Part shown: positions 1 to 8,240 of the stretch, one piece after another
Layout: each line of letters begins with the position of its first letter
How positions within the stretch are numbered: position 1 is the first letter of the stretch
IMG/VR virus record: IMGVR_UViG_3300027833_001310
Span: 28,053 to 92,052 of that record
Length of the DNA: 64,000 nucleotides
Reading direction: 5' to 3' (one strand)
DNA from: a virus
Position numbers and translations under genes: made by a program
Notes under the pieces: model-generated
The model's input: only the letters and a program-made list of their open reading frames with translations
Databases searched by the model: none
What the model was told of the DNA's origin: nothing

Positions 1-375
1 ACTTCCATGTACTTCAGGATTTAAAAATACTAAACAACTTAAATAGTAATCATTAAATCCTACCCTGTCACTGTTAATATCAACATGTCCATCCATAACA
101 AAGCCGTCGCCGGATTGGTTTGCATTTAAATGAGCTCGTTTTAGATGAGCAAGTTTTGTCTTACTTTGAAATTCTTGTGCATACGGTAGTAACCAATTTT
201 CTGCATCAAATATATTTACAAATTCTTCATATGTAAATAACGTAGATTGATATGGTGGGCTTTTCGGGTCTGATTCATGTCTTTGAGTTTCTAGTCGTAC
301 ATGGTTTATAAAATAGTGTTTCCACTTTTCAACTACATGATCGGGCATAGCATTGTCTATGACTTTATATTCCAT
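1..375 (-). CDS. 2OG-Fe(II) oxygenase-like protein (3' end runs off the window)
   Basis: Manual translation MEYKVIDNAMP...DGHVD...LVFLNP; HxD motif in prolyl-hydroxylase-like context; GATAAATA upstream. Not in ORF track. Confidence 0.6.
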   Translation of the reverse strand, partial: MEYKVIDNAMPDHVVEKWKHYFINHVRLETQRHESDPKSPPYQSTLFTYEEFVNIFDAENWLLPYAQEFQSKTKLAHLKRAHLNANQSGDGFVMDGHVDINSDRVGFNDYYLSCLVFLNPEVHGS

Positions 376-397
376 ATTATCTATTTATCGCAAAATC

Positions 398-472
398 TGG
401 AGCGGGTGGGCGGAATCGAACCGCCATCTAAACGTTGGCAACGTCTTGTAATAACCGTTATACGACACCCGC
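398..472 (-). tRNA. tRNA-Gly(GCC)
   Basis: Cloverleaf GCGGGTG...CACCCGCTCCA, anticodon loop TTGCCAA, TTCGA T-loop, encoded CCA. Confidence 0.95.
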
Positions 473-475
473 AAA

Positions 476-552
476 TGGCGATCCAGAAGAGACTCGAACT
501 CTCAACTTCCGCCGTGACAGGGCGGTGCTCTAACCAATTGAACTACTGGACC
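476..552 (-). tRNA. tRNA-Asp(GTC)
   Basis: GGTCCAG...CTGGATCGCCA, anticodon loop CTGTCAC. Confidence 0.95.
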
Positions 553-628
553 AGTTGTGGGGTTCGCCGCCCCACCGTCTACTCTACTGCATTATTTAGA
601 ATTCGGTCCAAATGCTGTTGACCTAGAG
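553..628 (-). ncRNA. candidate structured spacer RNA between tRNA-Ala and tRNA-Asp
   Basis: Stems CTCTA/TAGAG, ATTTGGA/TCTAAAT (alternative GGTC/GACC plus GCATT/AATGC) and GTGGGG/CCCCAC. Confidence 0.35.
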
Positions 629-704
629 TGGTGGAGCCAGGCGGGATCGAACCGCCGACCCCCTGCTTGCAAAGCAGGTGCTCTCCCATCTGAGCTATGG
701 CCCC
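629..704 (-). tRNA. tRNA-Ala(TGC)
   Basis: GGGGCCATAGCTCAG...TTTGCAA...GGCTCCACCA with G3-U70. Confidence 0.95.
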
Positions 705-716
705 TCATCAATATTT

Positions 717-745
717 ATTATACAGTCTGTGTTATTGGATGTCAA
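717..745 (-). promoter_or_regulatory. sigma70-type promoter for Ala-Asp-Gly tRNAs
   Basis: TTGACA-17 nt-TATAAT. Confidence 0.85.
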
Positions 746-1617
746 CCTGGCAGTGAAACTATTTGTTGTAAACTTTCAAGTCCGTAGTAAGTATTGTCTC
801 TATTTTTTGCAATACTAGTTACTGGATTACTGAACCATTTCTTTTCATCATCCTTGGCTAACTGTTTTACTTTATCACTAAATGGTTGATTAAATATTTC
901 TTCTAAGTATGCAATATGCTCTGTTGGCAAAGGATGTGTGTCATATCGCTGTGCATGTTTTGTTGCTTTTAGTAGTAAGTTTCTTTTTCTGTACTTACTG
1001 TGTAGTTTTGATAGTTCTTTGTTATTTCCTGTATGTATCTCTATATAATTTTCAATTACATCTGCATAACTATCGTAACCTGGGAATAGTACATTAACAA
1101 AACTAGGCATTATTTTACCACGTATCTTAAGCATTTCCTGTGGCATAGGTTCTATTTGTAAATTAATACAAGTGCATTGTAATGTATTTTGATATATTAT
1201 AGATGACTTAATTGCAATCAGAGATTCTAATAACAGTGTATTGTATGTTTGATGTTTAGTGATTTCAGCAATCTCTTGTTTTCTCTTATCAGAAACTTGT
1301 ACACTTTTATCTGTAATATTGCCCCAGTGTTTCCATTCATTTGAATCGCCGTAAAAACTATCTCCTAAAACACTATACCTACTATGCATAGACCACTGTG
1401 TAATCACTAAATCGTCTGGTGTAAGATTATATTTGCCGTCTAACAAGAATAATTGACTTTGTATGTACTTATTACTTGCACCCGAGTGTCCTAAGTTATA
1501 CAAAGGAATATCTAGTTCAACTGATAATGCCGCTGCCCACGTAGGCCAATTGCGGTAGTTAGTAAAACTGCAACCTATCACAAACAACCTGTTATACTTT
1601 TTAGAAAAGTCTATCAT
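742..1617 (-). CDS. SGNH/GDSL-hydrolase-like protein
   Basis: N-terminal GCSFT, NLGHSGASN, C-terminal DTHP. Confidence 0.6.
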   Translation of the reverse strand: MIDFSKKYNRLFVIGCSFTNYRNWPTWAAALSVELDIPLYNLGHSGASNKYIQSQLFLLDGKYNLTPDDLVITQWSMHSRYSVLGDSFYGDSNEWKHWGNITDKSVQVSDKRKQEIAEITKHQTYNTLLLESLIAIKSSIIYQNTLQCTCINLQIEPMPQEMLKIRGKIMPSFVNVLFPGYDSYADVIENYIEIHTGNNKELSKLHSKYRKRNLLLKATKHAQRYDTHPLPTEHIAYLEEIFNQPFSDKVKQLAKDDEKKWFSNPVTSIAKNRDNTYYGLESLQQIVSLPG

Positions 1618-2189
1618 AACATTATAGGTACTTGTATGAATGGATTGTTTAGGTCTGTTAATGTTTCATTCACATCAAATGCTAATGTAATTCGAGGCTC
1701 TTCAAACTTATCTACTGTTAACACTCGGTGTTTGTTTTTGCCTGGTCCTATGTAGATGTTACCTACTTGGTTCTCAATGTTTACGGTTTCAAACTGGGTA
1801 ATGGTATTGTTTGGTCTAATGGACATGTATCCATGGAATAGTGAGGTGTGGTTATGCCAATTCAGCACTGACTTTTCGTTATGGTAGTTTATCCAACACT
1901 TTAAATACAGAGAACTGCTACCACCTGTGTAGAAATCTTTTATTAAACTAAGCAATTCGTCAAACACAATGTTCCACTCTTTGCTGTTTCTTAACAGTAG
2001 TAAAGCATTATACTCATTATACAAACTAGTAGAATCCTGCTTAGTATTCTTATAACGTTGTATATCGGATGTATTTGCATTGTTACTAGAAAATTGCTCA
2101 CTATACACTAACATTATATCGTCGACATACTTAGATAATGTATCAGCATTATCAATAATGTATTGAGATTTGTGTAGTGTGTAATTCAT
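1614..2189 (-). CDS. 2OG-Fe(II) oxygenase-like protein
   Basis: WHNH...HRV...RITLAFD double-stranded beta-helix motifs. Confidence 0.65.
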   Translation of the reverse strand: MNYTLHKSQYIIDNADTLSKYVDDIMLVYSEQFSSNNANTSDIQRYKNTKQDSTSLYNEYNALLLLRNSKEWNIVFDELLSLIKDFYTGGSSSLYLKCWINYHNEKSVLNWHNHTSLFHGYMSIRPNNTITQFETVNIENQVGNIYIGPGKNKHRVLTVDKFEEPRITLAFDVNETLTDLNNPFIQVPIML

Positions 2190-2213
2190 GTAGTCTTATT
2201 TATTCTACTTGTA

Positions 2214-2303
2214 TGGCGGAGAGTGAGGGATTCGAACCCTCGGTCCAGTTACCCAGACGCCTCCTTAGCAGGGAGGTACTTTCGACCACTCAGCCAACTC
2301 TCC
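2214..2303 (-). tRNA. tRNA-Ser(GCT)
   Basis: GGAGAGT...ACTCTCCGCCA, long variable arm, loop CTGCTAA. Confidence 0.95.
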
Positions 2304-2308
2304 AATAT

Positions 2309-2385
2309 TGGTACGCCTTAGTGGATTCGAACCACTGACCTACGGCTTAGAAGGCCGTTGCTCTATCCAGCTGAGCTAAAGGCGC
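2309..2385 (-). tRNA. tRNA-Arg(TCT)
   Basis: GCGCCTT...AAGGCGTACCA, loop CTTCTAA. Confidence 0.95.
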
Positions 2386-2429
2386 AACACTCTGTTACTT
2401 CTAATAGAAGTGTCGATTCGAAAAGGCCC

Positions 2430-2503
2430 CGCACCAGTATTCTCTGGCTGTACAAATGAACGTACTGCACCTCACGAGTTCGTTGTTCTGAACCCGCCTT
2501 TTC
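2430..2503 (-). ncRNA. candidate tRNA-sized four-way-junction RNA (non-canonical)
   Basis: Closing stem GAAAAGG/CCTTTTC enclosing arms CGGGTTC/GAACTCG, GTAC/GTAC and GCCAG/CTGGT; lies between a promoter and tRNA-Arg. Confidence 0.5.
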
Positions 2504-2531
2504 TTGCCCTTGTTTTCCCACATAAAAACTT

Positions 2532-2738
2532 TTATATGTAATTCGGTCTGTGCTTATTATACAGTTCGTTAGCCACTGTGTCAAGTCCTAATCCACAACA
2601 AATATCCATTTGTCTACGAATCTCATTTGATTGCTCGTTACCTTTTGTCCACGCACGATGGTCATCACTGTAGTTATATGTCCAATCGTGTGTCTTTAAT
2701 AACTTTTCTAGTGTGTCTAGATCTGGATGTATTGACAT
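2532..2738 (-). CDS. hypothetical phage protein (68 aa)
   Basis: SD-like AAGGA; HDWTYNYSDD motif familiar from small phage proteins. Confidence 0.7.
   Translation of the reverse strand: MSIHPDLDTLEKLLKTHDWTYNYSDDHRAWTKGNEQSNEIRRQMDICCGLGLDTVANELYNKHRPNYI
2556..2584 (-). promoter_or_regulatory. sigma70-type promoter for ncRNA-Arg-Ser unit
   Basis: TTGACA-17-TATAAT. Confidence 0.85.
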
Positions 2739-2829
2739 TATTTCTATCCTTTTGCTTCAATATTCGGTGCTTTAAACAGCATATAAGCGGTTCTGTACGC
2801 ACTTTGTGGTATAACTGTGCTTGTGGTGC

Positions 2830-3225
2830 CTATTTAAATAACTCTGCTAATGTTAGCAATACTGCTGTTCCTGTAATGGCACTACCTATCATAATTGCTT
2901 TGTCGTTCCAACAATGCCCTACATAAGTCCAAGCAATACTACTTAGTGCGTAAGCTATTCTACCTTCAGTCATAAACTCTGCACTTTGCAAAAATACTCC
3001 TAGGACTGCGAGTATTGTTGCTGCCCATTTAATATAACTATCAACTGTACCAGTAGGAGTTGCAGGACTTAGGTCTTCAACTTGAACCTGTAGTTCTTCC
3101 ATCTCTTGCCTTAACCGAGATCGTTCAGCATTCAACTCCATAGCCAGGCGGCCAGTTTTAGTCATAGTGCTTGACTCGAACTGTTCCTTAACTTCTGCTT
3201 TTATTTCTTTTGCTTTATCACTCAT
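2830..3225 (-). CDS. coiled-coil plus membrane protein
   Basis: Start moved to MSDKAK because the longer ORF overlaps tRNA-Trp; about 3 hydrophobic C-terminal segments. Confidence 0.65.
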   Translation of the reverse strand: MSDKAKEIKAEVKEQFESSTMTKTGRLAMELNAERSRLRQEMEELQVQVEDLSPATPTGTVDSYIKWAATILAVLGVFLQSAEFMTEGRIAYALSSIAWTYVGHCWNDKAIMIGSAITGTAVLLTLAELFK

Positions 3226-3247
3226 ACTATTACTTATATCTTTAAAC

Positions 3248-3322
3248 TGGCGAGCTAGTAAGGATTTGAACCCCAATCGCAAGGTTTTGGAGACCTGCAT
3301 CTTACCATTAGAACACTAACTC
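3248..3322 (-). tRNA. tRNA-Trp(CCA)
   Basis: GAGTTAG...CTAGCTCGCCA, loop CTCCAAA; some D-stem and anticodon-stem mismatches. Confidence 0.85.
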
Positions 3323-3328
3323 TTGTTT

Positions 3329-3405
3329 TGGTGGGCCTTCTAGGACTTGAACCTAGGACCTGACGATTATGAGTCGTATGCTCTAACCAACTGAGCTAAA
3401 GGCCC
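3329..3405 (-). tRNA. tRNA with CAT anticodon, probably Ile2 (lysidine type)
   Basis: GGGCCTTTAGCTCAG...CGACTCATAATCG... resembles ileX-type tRNAs; lacks initiator features. Confidence 0.85.
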
Positions 3406-3414
3406 AAATTTATT

Positions 3415-3450
3415 GCTCTCTGTTTTTACCCTGGGAGAGCCATACCAGAA
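3415..3450 (-). ncRNA. 36-nt H-type pseudoknot in the Leu-Ile2 spacer
   Basis: TTCTGG-TATG-GCTCTC-CCAGGG-TAAAAACA-GAGAGC: S1 TTCTGG/CCAGGG, S2 GCTCTC/GAGAGC. Confidence 0.5.
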
Positions 3451-3452
3451 TT

Positions 3453-3539
3453 TGGTACCCGGAGACGGACTTGAACCGTCATGCCATTGCTGGCGAGGGA
3501 TTTTAAGTCCCTTGTGTCTACCAATTCCACCATCCGGGC
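3453..3539 (-). tRNA. tRNA-Leu(TAA)
   Basis: GCCCGGA...TCCGGGTACCA, variable arm, loop CTTAAAA. Confidence 0.95.
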
Positions 3540-3727
3540 TAAAAATCTAACTCTAGTTGCCTAGAGTCTGTTTGGTCGTGATATGCTTCAGTATGTTCAG
3601 CAGCGTCAGTTAACACTTTAATAATGCCTATACGAGCAAATTGCTCTGTGGATTTTTCGTCCATATCTATAATGATATTTGCACCACCATCTTCTCTGTC
3701 GACTACATCTAGTACATCTATTCGCAT
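3539..3727 (-). CDS. hypothetical protein (62 aa)
   Basis: Start moved to MRIDVL, downstream of promoter 3755-3783. Confidence 0.6.
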   Translation of the reverse strand: MRIDVLDVVDREDGGANIIIDMDEKSTEQFARIGIIKVLTDAAEHTEAYHDQTDSRQLELDF

Positions 3728-3754
3728 TGTTTGTTTCTCTTTATGATAGCGTGT

Positions 3755-3783
3755 ATTATACAGTTGTACACTGGGTTTGTCAA
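3755..3783 (-). promoter_or_regulatory. sigma70-type promoter
   Basis: TTGACA-17-TATAAT. Confidence 0.85.
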
Positions 3784-4250
3784 GCATTCTTTTTCAAATA
3801 ATTAAAATAATATTCAGCTAATGCATCTTGCTTTGAGTAGGCTTCTTTCTCCCACGGAGCGTCCCAATATTCATCTTGGCTTTTCTTAGCAACAAACTTC
3901 TTGCCTTTAAATGTCGGCTCTGAGCTTAGGTCAAGCCCGTCTTTTACAAACTGCTTTACATGTATCATTTCGTGTGCAAGAGTTTTAATCATATCTCTGA
4001 AACGCTTCTTACGCCAAATAAAGATACTTACTTCCCATGGCTTTGATTTTTTATACTGTTTTGCCCAACACCAGCCTTGGCAATCGCCGTCTGTTTTGTT
4101 TACAGTACGACCCATTGTAATATCAAACTCCATTGGCACATGTGCAATACCTAACTTTGCACTCATAATAGCAACTGCTGATTCTATTTTTAGTGCAACA
4201 TCTTTATCGTAAGGCTTTCCGCCAGATGGTCCAGCAACGAAAATTGACAT
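3780..4250 (-). CDS. zincin-like metallopeptidase
   Basis: TLAHEMIHVKQ (HExxH) and PWEKEAY; SD GAGG before MSIFV. Confidence 0.75.
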   Translation of the reverse strand: MSIFVAGPSGGKPYDKDVALKIESAVAIMSAKLGIAHVPMEFDITMGRTVNKTDGDCQGWCWAKQYKKSKPWEVSIFIWRKKRFRDMIKTLAHEMIHVKQFVKDGLDLSSEPTFKGKKFVAKKSQDEYWDAPWEKEAYSKQDALAEYYFNYLKKNA

Positions 4251-4255
4251 TGTGT

Positions 4256-4795
4256 TTACCTCTCGGTTACGTTGAAATGCTTGTATGTTTGCTGTACGCA
4301 AACTGCTTGGTAGTATGCATCAGCATCTGCACTATGCAGGTTTTGCTGAATTGCTTTACGTGGGTCCATTGGCATCATGTTAAAGATTGTTCTACAATCC
4401 ATAATCTGCCAAAATGCCCAACCTTTGTGATGATTAAATTGTGTGAATAAGTTCTCAAGTATAACCATATCAAACTGAGGTCCTTGGCACCAAATTTTAT
4501 CTACACCAACAAGATACTTGTTTAGTTCGCCCATAAATGAAGTAACAGTCATCCTGAATGTTTCACTGAATGCTTCATCTTGTATGTGTGCAGGTTGCTT
4601 TGCCCACCACTCTAATGTACTATCTAGCACACTACGGTCTACTTCAGTTTGTGCATCAATCTCAGGCTTCCACAGCGTCTTAGCATGCGGTTCTGTGGAC
4701 ACAAACGGGTCAAATTTAACTGCTCCAACTGATAATACTACACAATCTGGTTCAGTGCCTAGTGTTTCGATATCTATCATTGCGTGTGTTTTCAT
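4256..4795 (-). CDS. DEDDh 3'-5' exonuclease (DexA-like)
   Basis: MIDIETLG, FDMVIL, DCRT, HSADADA. Confidence 0.85.
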   Translation of the reverse strand: MKTHAMIDIETLGTEPDCVVLSVGAVKFDPFVSTEPHAKTLWKPEIDAQTEVDRSVLDSTLEWWAKQPAHIQDEAFSETFRMTVTSFMGELNKYLVGVDKIWCQGPQFDMVILENLFTQFNHHKGWAFWQIMDCRTIFNMMPMDPRKAIQQNLHSADADAYYQAVCVQQTYKHFNVTER

Positions 4796-4801
4796 GTAGT
4801 T

Positions 4802-4830
4802 ATTATAACAATATCACACCTAAATGTCAA
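4802..4830 (-). promoter_or_regulatory. sigma70-type promoter
   Basis: TTGACA-17-TATAAT, 6 nt from the ATG. Confidence 0.85.
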
Positions 4831-4859
4831 GGAAAAAATTCCCTTTATTTTTCAATGAC

Positions 4860-5525
4860 TTACGTTTCTCTATAAAAGTACGATGCTGTTGGAGGCTCTT
4901 CGTTTGCAAAATCCCACTTTAATTCTCTGGACCAAAAGAAAGGAGACTCTATATAATCTTTACCTGTACCCACGGAGTGGGACTCATAGGAGTCTGAATG
5001 TAGCTTATTCCATATAATCCTAGGATCGTATTCGAAAACAAATTGATCAGATAATGGTCCGCCTAATTGCCATACTAAATCTGGATGTGTGAACACAGTT
5101 TGTCCTTGCATTATCCACTGAATAAACCCCAAAGGCCGCCAATGTGTGCAAACCTGCCATGACTGCCCACATATAAGTATGTTTACACTTTTTGCATTAT
5201 TATATTTGCCGAGTCCGGTTTGACATGCTTCCGGAAATTCTCGAAATATGTCTACCATATTCTCACATCTTCTAATTTTGAGATGGGCGTTGTTGTAATT
5301 ATTACTGCGTATATTATCTAATATCACGCTAGAAGTGTATGTGTCACGTTCTGTATTTGGGATTGTGTAAGTTGCTAGTGCAACATTCTTAAAATCGTAT
5401 GTGCTTAATCTATTTACAATACGTTCGTAAAATTTATTGAGCTCTTTATGGGCATTCACTGTAAGCCATTCGTCTGTTGCAGGCCAGCAATCTATTAGAA
5501 TTACTAGGTCAAAGTGAGGGGTCAT
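4860..5525 (-). CDS. isochorismatase/cysteine-hydrolase-like protein
   Basis: LVILIDCW ... ICGQSWQVC. Confidence 0.45.
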   Translation of the reverse strand: MTPHFDLVILIDCWPATDEWLTVNAHKELNKFYERIVNRLSTYDFKNVALATYTIPNTERDTYTSSVILDNIRSNNYNNAHLKIRRCENMVDIFREFPEACQTGLGKYNNAKSVNILICGQSWQVCTHWRPLGFIQWIMQGQTVFTHPDLVWQLGGPLSDQFVFEYDPRIIWNKLHSDSYESHSVGTGKDYIESPFFWSRELKWDFANEEPPTASYFYRET

Positions 5526-6385
5526 TACAATGTTAGTACAGTATCGTCCGGCAACTGATCTTCATTTACTGCGGCTAATTGTCCTGCACCTTTAACGTCT
5601 TCGCCCCATTTCATTTTCTCAAATGGATCTTGTTCACCTTTTCTAACAGCATTCCACCAAGTTAAATCAGCACCGTTTGTTCTTTCTAAGAACCATGCAA
5701 TCTTGTGTGCCGTAGCAACACGAGCATGTTGCATTGCTTCATGACCGAAATCTTTAGGGTCAGAAGGATTGCCTTCCATGTACTTACGATTCTTAAATGT
5801 TTCATCATCGTTATTGCCAGTGATGTCTGCTCTGTCGTGTATAAACTCAACATCAATGCGTTCAAATATATCTAACATGTATGCAACATGACTTAACCAT
5901 GCATCATTTTGTGCATTCTGACTTAGGTGGCCAACAAGTATATACCAGTCACGTGGCACCACTGGGAATATAGCATAAGGATGTCCGTTGTGATTATCTC
6001 TAGGTGCTAGTAATTTAAATTGCCCTGTGTAACTATCAATTATTTCGTCCCATCCTTGTGTTTCCATTAACCCGTCATCATTCCAAAAGAATAACCATTC
6101 GCCTGTTGCTGCTCCAGCTAGTGTGTTTACATAGGTGTGCAAATTTTCGTAACCAAGCGGTTCAAAAATATTTGCTCTCGCTTCTACACCTAAATCTTGC
6201 AAGTAAGGTGCTATAGTTTCTTTAATATATTCAGTAGTAGCAGTATCATCGTTATCTAGTCCAAGCATTATTTCAATGTCTTTTGGATTAGTTGCTTTGG
6301 ACATCAAAGACTTAATACTTTTTTCAAGTAGTTCAGGTCTGCCCCTAGTAGGTAGTAAAACTGTTATTTTCTTTATTGATTCCAT
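5525..6385 (-). CDS. glycosyltransferase, GT-A/GT2-like
   Basis: VLLPTRGR, DNDD, FWNDD, NDAW. Confidence 0.8.
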   Translation of the reverse strand: MESIKKITVLLPTRGRPELLEKSIKSLMSKATNPKDIEIMLGLDNDDTATTEYIKETIAPYLQDLGVEARANIFEPLGYENLHTYVNTLAGAATGEWLFFWNDDGLMETQGWDEIIDSYTGQFKLLAPRDNHNGHPYAIFPVVPRDWYILVGHLSQNAQNDAWLSHVAYMLDIFERIDVEFIHDRADITGNNDDETFKNRKYMEGNPSDPKDFGHEAMQHARVATAHKIAWFLERTNGADLTWWNAVRKGEQDPFEKMKWGEDVKGAGQLAAVNEDQLPDDTVLTL

Positions 6386-6395
6386 TTGCTATTCC

Positions 6396-7325
6396 TTATG
6401 TATTTGTAACTGGCTTGTCATTCTTTCCAGTAAACAATTTTCTAATATTACCGCGGAATGTGTAATGCCCAACGTGATTAAGTGCTGTTCTAGGGTCTAA
6501 CCAAACTTCACCACCCATGTCCTGCCAACGTCTACAGAATGTATAATCCTCTGACAAGTAACGTCTGCTTTCTGGGTCAATAATACAATCAAACAGTGCA
6601 TACATAAATGGTTCAAACTTAGCATCAACGTTAATGTCGTTGACATATTTTGTTTCAGGATGGTTATCAAACATTTTTTGTATAACTTCTTTGTTAATAC
6701 ACATGAAGCCTGTGCCTGCATCTTTTAACTTAACAAGGTTGTCAACAATTTGAACTGCTGGAGTTCTGTTGCCGTCTTTGTCTTTTAGGAAATCAAAGTT
6801 TACAACATAGTTTGAACTATGTCCTTCGATTGTTTCTGCTGTTTCATTTAAGTCATCTCTAGCCGCTTCGATAATGCTGTTCCAGTTGACTGCTTTCTTA
6901 GGATATGCTCCTACAATAACCGGCTTGTCATATGCAACCATTCTTAAGATGTCTTCAGGATTAAATTCTATGTCTGCATCAATAAAGAACAAGTGTGTTG
7001 CTTCCGGATTTTCCATAAAGAAACTTGTTAGTGTATTTCTGCCTCTAGTGATTAAACTTTCATTTGCAAGTGTGCTAATAGTATATTTAATGTCATACTT
7101 ATTACACAAGATTGCAAAACGCATCATACTTCTAAAGTAAGGCTCACCTAGTTGTCCACCGTAGCAAGGTGTTGCAATAAAGATATGTTTTTGTCTTAAT
7201 AGACCTAATGGTATTTCAATTTTTGCATCTAGCAACTGGTGCATTACATCGCTATCATTTGCTTGTTGCTTGGCAGGGTTGGCTGGAGCGTTATTTGCTT
7301 TAGCCTTACTTTTTTTGTTTGACAT
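6396..7325 (-). CDS. glycosyltransferase, GT-A fold
   Basis: IATPCYGG, ITRGRN, FFIDADI (DxD), GTGFM, LSEDYTFC. Confidence 0.8.
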   Translation of the reverse strand: MSNKKSKAKANNAPANPAKQQANDSDVMHQLLDAKIEIPLGLLRQKHIFIATPCYGGQLGEPYFRSMMRFAILCNKYDIKYTISTLANESLITRGRNTLTSFFMENPEATHLFFIDADIEFNPEDILRMVAYDKPVIVGAYPKKAVNWNSIIEAARDDLNETAETIEGHSSNYVVNFDFLKDKDGNRTPAVQIVDNLVKLKDAGTGFMCINKEVIQKMFDNHPETKYVNDINVDAKFEPFMYALFDCIIDPESRRYLSEDYTFCRRWQDMGGEVWLDPRTALNHVGHYTFRGNIRKLFTGKNDKPVTNT

Positions 7326-7348
7326 TTTTTGTCCTGTAGTGTGTATTG

Positions 7349-7424
7349 TGGAGCTCCCAAACCGATTCGAACGGTTGACCTACTGATTACAAATCAGTTG
7401 CTCTACCAACTGAGCTATGGGAGC
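7349..7424 (-). tRNA. tRNA-Thr(TGT)
   Basis: GCTCCCA...TGGGAGCTCCA, loop TTTGTAA. Confidence 0.95.
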
Positions 7425-7496
7425 ATAAACTTTATGTTCTTTATATTTACTTTTATTCTTGGAAGGGTGCCAAGATAAATGGCTAGATTTATCTTG

Positions 7497-7661
7497 TTAG
7501 CGGGAAGGTTTGCTAGATATGAATTCGTTGAGCTTTTCAGCTTCTGCAACAATGTCTTCTGTGGTAGGCATGTGCTCTGCTTGCTTTGCTTTTGCTTGAA
7601 GTATAAGTCTCGCTTCTTGCAGAAGTTCGAGTCTAATCTCGTATGGTGTTTTGTTAGACAA
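7497..7661 (-). CDS. small phage protein (54 aa, TTG start)
   Basis: Manual: MSNKTPYEIRLELLQEA...PTTEDIVAEAEKLNEFISSKPSR; SD AAGGAG; GATAAATA at 7692-7699. Confidence 0.8.
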   Translation of the reverse strand: MSNKTPYEIRLELLQEARLILQAKAKQAEHMPTTEDIVAEAEKLNEFISSKPSR

Positions 7662-7736
7662 TTTAGTCTCCTTTTAAGTTATCTCTGCATGTATTTATCG
7701 TATAGGTAAAAATAACTTAACGCACTGTTTAACAAA

Positions 7737-8240
7737 CTAAATTATACTTTCCTTGCTTAACATTTTTACTAACGCTCGGTACGGTAGTAACTTTAAAGTG
7801 TCTTCAAACTCTACAGTAAACATATACCTATCTTCTTCAAAGTTAAAAACTGTGTGCGACACCTGTGTATTAAAAAGATACATAGTGTTTGACTGATAGT
7901 CCAATTGGGTTGTTTTATTTTTTTCTGTATCTACGAATGCACAAAAACTATTCTTGTGTTGTAGTAACATATTGATACCAACACCTCTATCTGCGTCCTT
8001 GTGTAATTTATAATAGTCAAAGGCTAACATTTTTGTTACCCCTACACCTTTAATTTTTGCAATACTGTTGATAGTTTCTAATGTTGGACAAATAGAAAAG
8101 ACATGATCTATATCTAAACTAATTGCCCAGAATCCAAAATACGGATACCACTCATCTCGTTCTAGTGCTTCTTGAAGTGCGTATTCTGCAAGTTTGCCAC
8201 TGTTACACAATAGTGTTTGGTAGCATTCAGTAGTTTTCAT
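7737..8240 (-). CDS. 2OG-Fe(II) oxygenase/cupin-like protein
   Basis: LHKD ... FNTQVSHTVFN ... RY. Confidence 0.65.
   Translation of the reverse strand: MKTTECYQTLLCNSGKLAEYALQEALERDEWYPYFGFWAISLDIDHVFSICPTLETINSIAKIKGVGVTKMLAFDYYKLHKDADRGVGINMLLQHKNSFCAFVDTEKNKTTQLDYQSNTMYLFNTQVSHTVFNFEEDRYMFTVEFEDTLKLLPYRALVKMLSKESII

Noticed and set aside
553-628. HDV-like (theta) or twister ribozyme after tRNA-Ala
   Set aside because: Could not fit the nested double-pseudoknot or twister consensus by eye; kept only as an unknown structure
301-787. Plus-strand ORFs 301-621 and 557-787
   Set aside because: Antisense to tRNA genes; spurious
2363-2584. 73-aa minus-strand ORF
   Set aside because: Starts inside the -35 box and overlaps tRNA-Arg and the structured element
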